The position numbers were made by a program, and so were the translations under genes. A stretch of DNA of 64,000 nt from a virus. The notes below the pieces were generated by a model. That model did no database searches and was not told where the DNA came from. It was given only the letters and a program-made list of their open reading frames with translations. Below are positions 57,565-64,000 of this stretch, piece after piece (within the stretch, counting starts at the first letter, position 1; the number at the start of each line of letters is the position of its first letter). Location: positions 23,483-87,482 of IMG/VR virus record IMGVR_UViG_3300042937_000753; one strand, given 5' to 3'.

Positions 57565-57694
57565 AAATCCCTCTGCACTCAGTTGTAATAGCTCTGTTTC
57601 TGATGCTATTTAAACCATCCCTCCTGTATTACTACAGCTAATGGTACTATTACAACTGCTCACCCTTGGGAAGTGAGTTGTGGTGCATTAATAA
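57565..57694 (-). ncRNA. Twister-like self-cleaving ribozyme (P1 type with a long P5)
   Basis: UAA-UGCA-CC...CUCAC-UUCCCAAGG-GUGAG-[12-bp stem]-AG-UGCA-GAGGG; both pseudoknots (CCC/GGG and CC/GG) can form. Confidence 0.7.
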
Positions 57695-57695
57695 A

Positions 57696-57897
57696 TAAGT
57701 AGTAGTACTCTGTAAAAAGGTTGCGATCCTTTACAATTACATTTCCTTAAATTGCTGCATTTGCAACACAAACCTACTTATTAGTACTCTCACAAGGTTG
57801 CAACCCTTGGTCATCGGTTTGTATTATCAGGAATCTAAACCCAATACCTAAGTATTATTAGTTTATCTATCTGTCTGTACCTGCTTGGATGAGAGTA
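57696..57897 (-). ncRNA. Two tandem tRNA-like (T-arm plus acceptor-like) modules
   Basis: Repeated AAGG-RTYGCAA-CCTT...AGAGTACTA motif; closing stems TACTCTCA/TGAGAGTA and TAAGTAG/CTACTTA. Confidence 0.45.
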
Positions 57898-57899
57898 AT

Positions 57900-57960
57900 A
57901 AAAAAACCACAAGTCAACCCCTGCTTTACAGGATGAGAGGTTATGCCTGAAACCTTGTGG
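57900..57960 (-). terminator. Branched hairpin followed by a T-run
   Basis: CCACAAG...CTTGTGG followed by TTTTTTT. Confidence 0.5.
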
Positions 57961-57978
57961 TAATGAAGCTAGGAGAGA

Positions 57979-58128
57979 TTAATCTCCTAGCATTGGTGTT
58001 AGCATACATGCCCAAAATAGACAAGATATACCAATAGCTGGAAGTATATTATGTCCAAAAGACATTAATACACCCATGAATGTGCCTAGTAATAAGACAC
58101 CAAACAAGTAATGACTTATATTCTTCAT
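57979..58128 (-). CDS. 49-aa two-TM membrane peptide (not in the ORF track)
   Basis: MKNISHYLFGVLLLGTFMGVLMSFG...; the stop lies in the hairpin GCTAGGAGA/TCTCCTAGC. Confidence 0.55.
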   Translation of the reverse strand: MKNISHYLFGVLLLGTFMGVLMSFGHNILPAIGISCLFWACMLTPMLGD

Positions 58129-58259
58129 AATTCTATAATCATTTCGGGAATATTATCTTTACCTAGTATTCTTTTTATTATCTTACCATTAGAATACTTT
58201 ACATATTGTACTGTAGTTAACTTACCAGAGAACAATTCAATCATAGTTTTAAAAATCAT
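58125..58259 (-). CDS. 44-aa hypothetical peptide (not in the ORF track)
   Basis: MIFKTMIELFSGK...; ATGA overlap with the next ORF. Confidence 0.5.
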   Translation of the reverse strand: MIFKTMIELFSGKLTTVQYVKYSNGKIIKRILGKDNIPEMIIEL

Positions 58260-59036
58260 AACTTAATATTTTTTAGTGTGAGGACTGCCTATGCTAGGAA
58301 CATAGGACTTGATTAGTTTTAGTTAAATAATATTGATTGTGCTCAATATAAAAATTAGACAAGAGTATAACAATATCCTACATTGTTACTAGACCGCTGA
58401 GTCATCACTTGAATAAACTGAATTCCACTTCAGTCAGCTGTATTCTCCCAAGTGGAATCTTGTGGAGGAGAATAGATAATTAACATACAACATGCCGGCA
58501 AATCATAATTGCTCCATGAAATGTATGGTAGTTTAAATTAAACTCACATAGCTTTATCAATACTATGTGTAAAATACCTGATTTTTAAGTCTGCACTAAC
58601 TTTGGATTATAAATGACTGCATCAAACAAGGATCATATCTTGTCTTCATTTACTTAGTACTATATACACATTTGCAGAGTGTAAATAGAACCCAATAGTA
58701 GCCCCACAGGTTTGTCACTGTTTACTAACAGTAAAGAGGTACAGCATTATTGGTTAGCTGTACAAGTTGCGGAGAGGATTACTGCCTCACACAATTTAGT
58801 TGTTACATGTTTAATCTGTTCCTATCATTAGTTCAAGGATACTGATTAGTAAATAGACTACCCTGCAAGAGAGTAGTCTGGAGTCATAACTACTACCAAT
58901 CCTACTGCAGGATGTTGGTATTTATGTAGTACTTTATAACCTTCTTTACACTTCATGTGTATAAGGTCATTAATCTCTATGCCCATAGACATAGCTTGAT
59001 CTTCGGTGATTGTAATATCTATCATTGGTTTTATAT

Positions 59037-59306
59037 TTACAAGTTATCAGCAATAATAAGACTATCAAGGTCTGAGTATTTACCAGAATATACTTTTTTA
59101 GATTGAACTCCCTCAACCCATATACTATCTTCTGATACTTCCAAGTAATATTCTATGTCTATATTACCGCCTACATCAGTGTAGTTCCCCGGAGTCTTTG
59201 TTTCTCCATTTGAAACACCAACTACATGTATAAGTAGATAACTTAATAGTAAGAATACTAAGGAACCTGTAATAACTCCAATGATAAATGAATCATTAAT
59301 CTTCAT
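59037..59306 (-). CDS. Membrane-anchored early protein
   Basis: N-terminal TM helix. Confidence 0.7.
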   Translation of the reverse strand: MKINDSFIIGVITGSLVFLLLSYLLIHVVGVSNGETKTPGNYTDVGGNIDIEYYLEVSEDSIWVEGVQSKKVYSGKYSDLDSLIIADNL

Positions 59307-59707
59307 ATGTTTGTTTTAATTGGTTACTAGTCTAGGTTTAGCTATATAAAATCTATATAATACTAAAGTATTATAGTAGTAATTACTAACTAGATACAAG
59401 GTATAAAAGAGGTATAAGTGGGTGTATACATAATAAACACATACATATACTCATCTTTCCGGTTTTTATAACTACTTGATACTCAGTATCAAAGTCACAA
59501 AGCTACACACGGTGGAGACAAGATACTATCAAGTAATAATAAAGAAATATGATACCTGATACCTACAAGTAGCAAGTACATTTCTTTATATAGTTAGCCT
59601 AATGAGCCTGTGTCAGATACATTTCCATACATAAGGTTTTATATATATCCTTAATGATTTCATATTTGTGCTAATAATACTCTATAAAGAGTATAATTGC
59701 ATACTAT

Positions 59708-59733
59708 GTTAGGGGCTAGAAAAGAAAGGGAAA
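59708..59733 (-). promoter_or_regulatory. Repeated early motif, copy 1 (candidate vRNAP promoter)
   Basis: gttaggggctagaaaagaaagggaaa on the + strand. Confidence 0.6.
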
Positions 59734-59746
59734 TATTTCAGGTATG

Positions 59747-59782
59747 AAAAAATAAAGAGTAACCACGCTAGTGGCTACTCTT
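59747..59782 (-). terminator. Intrinsic terminator
   Basis: AAGAGTAGCCAC/GTGGTTACTCTT stem with a T-rich tail. Confidence 0.7.
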
Positions 59783-59797
59783 ATATTTTTGCTATGA

Positions 59798-60337
59798 CTA
59801 CTTAGTAGTCTTAGCCTTTGGTGTTGAAGTTTCTTCAACATCCATAGTGGCATCTTCAGATGCAACTAATGCTTCTTCAGAAGCTTCTGCTGTGAAGTCC
59901 TCTTCATCAGCATCATCTTCATCATCCGAAAGCATAGCTGAGGTTGAGGAAGAGACAGGTGTGCTATCAGCATACCTCTTTGCAGCTTCAGCTGCATAGG
60001 CCTGACCAAAGTCAGCGCCCATACTCTTGGATACAAGAGTTTCAAATTGCAGGTCGGACTTGTCTAAAGTCCAAGACCCTGCATTGTCACCCATTTGTAT
60101 TTGATACAAAGGGTGCCACATATTCTTTCCCGGTAACGGGTAAGAAGTGAAATACAACGGAGTTTTATTTCCACTAGTCAAGATGAGCTTGCCATCAGGA
60201 CTAGATTTAAAGATAGGTTCCCTATCTTTATAGTTGTTGCTAATGAAATTAGCCAACTCATTAGAAGTGCCACGCACTTCATAGATTGCTAAGGTTCCAC
60301 CTTTGCCAATCTTAAGAAATTTTGCTTGTAAAGCCAT
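59798..60337 (-). CDS. Early protein with a long acidic tail
   Basis: 179-aa ORF; DDEDDADEEDF. Confidence 0.75.
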   Translation of the reverse strand: MALQAKFLKIGKGGTLAIYEVRGTSNELANFISNNYKDREPIFKSSPDGKLILTSGNKTPLYFTSYPLPGKNMWHPLYQIQMGDNAGSWTLDKSDLQFETLVSKSMGADFGQAYAAEAAKRYADSTPVSSSTSAMLSDDEDDADEEDFTAEASEEALVASEDATMDVEETSTPKAKTTK

Positions 60338-60369
60338 AATTTATAAATTTAATTGATTTATCAATTTAA

Positions 60370-60395
60370 GTTAAGGGCTAGAAAAAAGAGGGAAA
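60370..60395 (-). promoter_or_regulatory. Repeated early motif, copy 2
   Basis: gttaagggctagaaaaaagagggaaa, about 32 nt upstream of the ATG at 60337. Confidence 0.65.
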
Positions 60396-60411
60396 AAACA
60401 GTTAAAGGACC

Positions 60412-60639
60412 TTAGTCCTTTAAACCTGTTTTATCTTCTGATGAGACTTTGTCATCCAAAGTGTCATCATATTGGAATGAGCCTGTCTCAATCCAATTAT
60501 AGACTTCTGCCTTATAGGCATAGTCTATACATTTGCCATCTTCAAAGAAGATTGCATATGTCTTTCTTCCCTCATGTTCATCTTGAGGGACTACTGTACC
60601 TGTCCACAGGTATAGTACAAAAATTAATTTTGTTAGCAT
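60412..60639 (-). CDS. Early hypothetical protein, possibly exported
   Basis: Hydrophobic N-terminus. Confidence 0.65.
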   Translation of the reverse strand: MLTKLIFVLYLWTGTVVPQDEHEGRKTYAIFFEDGKCIDYAYKAEVYNWIETGSFQYDDTLDDKVSSEDKTGLKD

Positions 60640-60679
60640 AACTAAATTGATTTACTTAAAATGGGTTTATACATTTTAA

Positions 60680-60704
60680 GTCAAGGGCTAGTAAGAGAGG
60701 GAAA
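60680..60704 (-). promoter_or_regulatory. Repeated early motif, copy 3
   Basis: gtcaagggctagtaagagagggaaa. Confidence 0.65.
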
Positions 60705-60716
60705 AAGAAAGAAGAA

Positions 60717-60935
60717 CTATTTGTTCTTCTTTATTGTTAGCTCACCATGGACTTTGACTGCATAGACAAAGCCATTGGTGGCATTAGCCTTAAGATCTAC
60801 AAGGTAGGTCTTACCAGGCTTCAAAGCTTTAGCTTTGGATTTGCTAATCACAAATGGTTTCATGCCATTTGGATAGCAGATCACACTAGTGTTAGAATGA
60901 GGGTTAGCAATAACCCGAGTTATAATACTATTCAT
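60717..60935 (-). CDS. Small basic early protein
   Basis: 72-aa ORF preceded by motif copy 4. Confidence 0.65.
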   Translation of the reverse strand: MNSIITRVIANPHSNTSVICYPNGMKPFVISKSKAKALKPGKTYLVDLKANATNGFVYAVKVHGELTIKKNK

Positions 60936-60961
60936 AAGATAAAATTTAGATTTTAGATTAT

Positions 60962-60973
60962 GACAAGGGCTAG
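60962..60973 (-). promoter_or_regulatory. Repeated early motif, copy 4 (core only)
   Basis: gacaagggctag. Confidence 0.55.
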
Positions 60974-61110
60974 CAGCACAGCTGTCCTATGTCAGAACTT
61001 GTGATGACTAGACAGCTAGTGTGACATGCTCTGCATGGAACAGTCAGTAGAAACATTTCCTGCCAGGGAAATTTTCTTGCAAAAGATGGACAAATTTATT
61101 TGGACAGCTT

Positions 61111-61170
61111 GCAGCACCAGGGGGTACCCCTGCCGAGCGGAAGGGCCGGGGGGCCATGAAGGGAGGCCCC
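61111..61170. other. GC-rich island with a GGGGTACCCC palindrome at the strand-divergence point (candidate terminus, packaging or origin site)
   Basis: cagggggtacccctg at 61118-61132, plus G-runs, followed by A/T tracts. Confidence 0.45.
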
Positions 61171-61232
61171 ATCACTTTCTCTAACATACTACAAAAATTC
61201 TATAGAAAAATTTTTTTTTTAAAATTTATTTA

Positions 61233-61335
61233 TATATTTGTACATGTTCATATCATAATGTTTAAAAGGTTATGCTGGAAGCCCTGGAAATTTTTCCGGG
61301 GTTTCTGGTTTAAATAAAAAAAGTTTTTATATTTG
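61233..61335 (+). promoter_or_regulatory. Two Bacteroidota -7 elements (TATATTTG at 61233 and 61328)
   Basis: TAnnTTTG consensus upstream of the + strand block. Confidence 0.65.
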
Positions 61336-61357
61336 TAGCACCAACAAACTAAGTAAC

Positions 61358-61561
61358 ATGGCAGATAAAATATTAATCTCTATTGTAGAGAAAGAACAAG
61401 GACTAGAAATAATGCTAGGAGATGGGTGTTATGATAACCTAGCTCTTATAGGTTTATTAGAAAAGATTAAGTTAAATCTTTTATCACAACTACCTGAGCA
61501 GGATGGTCCCTTGGAAGAAAAAAAATCAAAAAAAATTACTAATAAAAATTACGATGCCTAG
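61358..61561 (+). CDS. Hypothetical protein
   Basis: 67-aa ORF after the promoter. Confidence 0.65.
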   Translation: MADKILISIVEKEQGLEIMLGDGCYDNLALIGLLEKIKLNLLSQLPEQDGPLEEKKSKKITNKNYDA

Positions 61562-61808
61562 GTATGTAAAGAAACCTATTGAGATAGATGCTATCCAATG
61601 GACTGGTGAAAACACAACTGAGATTTTGAACTTTTGTTCTGACTGTTACAGCTATGTGAGAGATGATACTCCGGTATTAGCTATCAATACTCTAGAAGGT
61701 AACATGAAAGCTTCATTAGGAGATTATGTTATTAAGGGTCTTATTGGTGAATTCTATGCATGCAAACCTGAAGTTTTTACAAAGACTTATGAAGAAGTAA
61801 CAATTTAA
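61554..61808 (+). CDS. Conserved phage protein (KKPIEIDAIQWTG...TLEG...GDYVIKG...CKP)
   Basis: Widespread phage family motif; likely start MPRYVKK. Confidence 0.8.
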   Translation: MPRYVKKPIEIDAIQWTGENTTEILNFCSDCYSYVRDDTPVLAINTLEGNMKASLGDYVIKGLIGEFYACKPEVFTKTYEEVTI

Positions 61809-61817
61809 ATTATATAT

Positions 61818-62105
61818 ATGAAACCGTTTAGTTTATTAAGAGGAAGAAGAATTATTATCAGTGTTCCTGAAAAGAAAGAGTCAGTAATTAAGTTGAGTGA
61901 GAAAGATGAAGATGCTGTAATGTATGAAGCAATGAAGGCTTGGTTAAAGTTGACAGTATATGCGGTAGGTGATAAATGTGAAGATATAAAAGAAGGAGAT
62001 GTAGTTTATATCCCTTATGCTGCACTAGAACATTCTGAAAAAATTGATCTTGACGGTACTGTAAGATTGATCTTGAATGAAGGTGATGTTGCTATTATAT
62101 GGTAA
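61818..62105 (+). CDS. GroES/Cpn10-like co-chaperonin
   Basis: LRGRRIII...VYAVG...IKEGDVV...LILNEGDVAII. Confidence 0.75.
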   Translation: MKPFSLLRGRRIIISVPEKKESVIKLSEKDEDAVMYEAMKAWLKLTVYAVGDKCEDIKEGDVVYIPYAALEHSEKIDLDGTVRLILNEGDVAIIW

Positions 62106-62164
62106 CATATTCCTCTATCTAGTTAGAAAGATATTTATTATATTTACAATAAGAATTAATTATT

Positions 62165-62359
62165 ATGTTTAAGGCAGTTATATTTATTACAGGTCTTGCT
62201 ATTCTAGGATTTTTATTTCTAGTACATAATGCAATGAACAAACCAATTTATAATAAAATGTCCAATGTATGGGAAGATGACCCCATTGGCAGACATTATT
62301 CCAATGTAACAATTGTTGCTATGTTATTCATAGCTTTTATTATGGGGTTGATGTTCTAA
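62165..62359 (+). CDS. Two-TM membrane protein
   Basis: Two hydrophobic helices. Confidence 0.65.
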   Translation: MFKAVIFITGLAILGFLFLVHNAMNKPIYNKMSNVWEDDPIGRHYSNVTIVAMLFIAFIMGLMF

Positions 62360-62380
62360 AGAGTTTTCTCTAGTCAAATG

Positions 62381-62419
62381 AAAAGATCCTTAGAAACTTT
62401 TTTTCTGAGGATTTTTTTT
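62381..62419 (+). terminator. Intrinsic terminator
   Basis: ATCCTTAGAAA/TTTCTGAGGAT stem followed by a T-run. Confidence 0.7.
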
Positions 62420-62473
62420 ATTCAATTATTTTTTGTATATTATAGTGTATATATTTATTAAAACAAAACAATC

Positions 62474-63103
62474 ATGGATATTCTAAATTTTATTTCCTGG
62501 ATTAAGGGAAAAAGACTGGTTACTACAGTAGACCCAGCTAAGGCATTATTACCTGTTGCACTTAAAGACGGCAGGAGAGATGATGATTACAAAACAGGTG
62601 CAATCACAGTAGAAGACTTTGCTGCTGTAGTGGCAGATCCTTCTGTAACTTTTGTGCAGGGTTCATTAGAACCAAAAGTTCAAGCTACAATGACTCCAAT
62701 AGGAGGTACAATAACTAGGAGTAATGGTACTGTACTTAAAAGATACAGAATACAAGGTATTGCTGACCTTGCAGGTTCAAATTTATATGCTCTTTTTATT
62801 GGAGTTGTATCAGGTTCTAATACTTCTCTTAGAGTAAGAGAAGATTCAGTAATCTTAGCACAAAATACTACTGCATATGACACTGTTGCTTCTGCAATGA
62901 ACTTTAATGCTTTAGTAGCTGATACGGCAGGTAATTTAATTTCAACAACAACTGCTTTTATAGTAGATGATAATACAGTTGGTCCTATACAAGATCATTA
63001 TTATACTTTGGTAATGACAGCAGGTGTTACATTTAAAGCTCAAGTACATATTGACTTTACAATAGCAATACCTGAAACAGAAACAGTAGAATTCTTTAAT
63101 TAA
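62474..63103 (+). CDS. Putative structural (virion) protein
   Basis: MDILNFISWIK...RRDDDY N-terminus, then a beta-rich domain. Confidence 0.6.
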   Translation: MDILNFISWIKGKRLVTTVDPAKALLPVALKDGRRDDDYKTGAITVEDFAAVVADPSVTFVQGSLEPKVQATMTPIGGTITRSNGTVLKRYRIQGIADLAGSNLYALFIGVVSGSNTSLRVREDSVILAQNTTAYDTVASAMNFNALVADTAGNLISTTTAFIVDDNTVGPIQDHYYTLVMTAGVTFKAQVHIDFTIAIPETETVEFFN

Positions 63104-63117
63104 TAAACTTAGAAATC

Positions 63118-63240
63118 ATGGAAAAAGAAAATAGATTGTATGCTTTTTTAGTAAGCAAATACGGTGTTGCAGTTGCAGACAAAGCAATGATTAACTTTGC
63201 AGACAAACAAAAAAAGTATGTTGAAAAACCTAAACAATAA
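63118..63240 (+). CDS. 40-aa peptide (not in the ORF track)
   Basis: MEKENRLYAFLVSKYG...; its leader (aaacttagaaatc) resembles that of the next gene. Confidence 0.5.
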   Translation: MEKENRLYAFLVSKYGVAVADKAMINFADKQKKYVEKPKQ

Positions 63241-63288
63241 ATAACATGACTATTTAGTAAAAATTGTTCAATAATTAAAACTTAAATC

Positions 63289-63546
63289 ATGGCTAAAGAA
63301 AAATATAATGTTAACACGGTTAACATTAGAAACGTGTCAAGTTATGTCAATATAATATCTCAGATATTTTTAGACAATCCGGGTGCTAAAGAAGCAGAAT
63401 TAACAACATTGTTTAAATGTCTTTTAAGTGCCGGTATTTATGAATCAATAAATGCTGCGGTGTTAGCAGGTGTACCTGTTGGAACATTTGTAATTATTGA
63501 TGATCCTGAAACTCCAGAGCTTGACTTTGATATTAAGGTAGTATAA
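63289..63546 (+). CDS. Hypothetical protein, possibly structural
   Basis: 85-aa ORF; followed by the terminator 63557-63581. Confidence 0.65.
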   Translation: MAKEKYNVNTVNIRNVSSYVNIISQIFLDNPGAKEAELTTLFKCLLSAGIYESINAAVLAGVPVGTFVIIDDPETPELDFDIKVV

Positions 63547-63594
63547 TACTAACATTACAGCCTCTATAAGGGGCTGTTTTTAAATTTTAAAACT

Positions 63595-64000
63595 ATGTCA
63601 AATAGTATAGGAGACTTAAAAAATAGTGGACTACAAGGCAATAATTGGCCTTGGCAGTACAAAGTATTACTAGGTCTAGATAAAATTGTAAGTGCAATTG
63701 GTGATACTGAGTATGAAGCTCAGATAATACTAGCTACTTGTCCCGGACCAGTTCCTGCATCTGGATATTATCTAGAAGTACGTATATATAATACAACTAC
63801 AGGAACCTTTGGTGCACCTGTATATTACCTTCCAGGTAGTACAACACCAGTTAATCTTTCAACATGTACAAAGGAATATGCAAATGATTCATTAGTACTT
63901 ACACAGATTTTAACTGAGTTACTTGACCAAGGTGTTACATTAGATGCAATTGAAACTAGCGTTCAACTTATAGATAATTGTGTAGGAACAGATGGGGTTA
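63595..64000 (+). CDS. Putative structural protein (3' partial)
   Basis: MSNSIGDLKNSGLQGNNWPWQYKVLLGL...; open to the window end. Confidence 0.65.
   Translation, partial: MSNSIGDLKNSGLQGNNWPWQYKVLLGLDKIVSAIGDTEYEAQIILATCPGPVPASGYYLEVRIYNTTTGTFGAPVYYLPGSTTPVNLSTCTKEYANDSLVLTQILTELLDQGVTLDAIETSVQLIDNCVGTDGV

Noticed and set aside
57907-57960. Hammerhead-like pattern on the + strand (GTC...ATGAG-stem-GAAAC)
   Set aside because: The core reads CAGGATGA instead of CUGAnGA, stem I does not abut the core, and the minus-strand reading as a terminator fits the transcription direction better.
58575-58620. tRNA-Leu-like anticodon fragment (GCAGACTTAAAAATC) or a second twister
   Set aside because: No cloverleaf forms, and the twister loop and pseudoknot nucleotides are missing.
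59474-59493. 3-nt-loop hairpin TTGATAC-TCA-GTATCAA as an N4-type vRNAP promoter
   Set aside because: It is a single AT-rich copy; the four-copy CTAGCCC motif is a better candidate.
1-64000. Stop-codon reassignment, as in some crAss-like phages
   Set aside because: The giant ORFs and the dense gene packing are intact in the standard code, TAA, TAG and TGA all end genes, and no suppressor tRNA was seen.

Overview
This 64 kb window is part of an AT-rich, standard-code, lytic crAss-like (Crassvirales-related) phage genome. TAnnTTTG promoters and AT-rich leaders without Shine-Dalgarno sequences point to a Bacteroidota, probably Flavobacteria-type, host. Layout: (1) 1-23.1 kb, + strand: three giant virion/ejection proteins, including a 3717-aa virion RNA polymerase (ADFDIDK), followed by a tiny basic peptide. 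(2) 23.2-61 kb, - strand: replication and early genes. These include family B DNA polymerase, primase, DnaB, AAA_24, an SSB-like protein, UDG, an NTP pyrophosphohydrolase, a MoxR/vWA pair, a macrodomain, ClpS, an SF2 helicase, an HNH nuclease, tRNA-Arg(TCT), many small ORFs and several structured non-coding RNAs. (3) A GC-rich divergence point at about 61.1 kb, then + strand genes including a GroES-like protein and probable structural genes. The most striking observations are these. The three giant proteins have cysteines only at their facing termini, suggesting a head-to-tail linked ejection chain. A coiled-coil gene is followed by a ~250-nt closed RNA with symmetric hexamer repeats. A twister-like ribozyme, tandem tRNA-like modules and pseudoknots lie in the early leader region. 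A repeated motif is a candidate vRNAP promoter. A mosaic of mini-genes is built from shared 11-31 nt segments. All calls come from reading motifs by eye; no searches were run.
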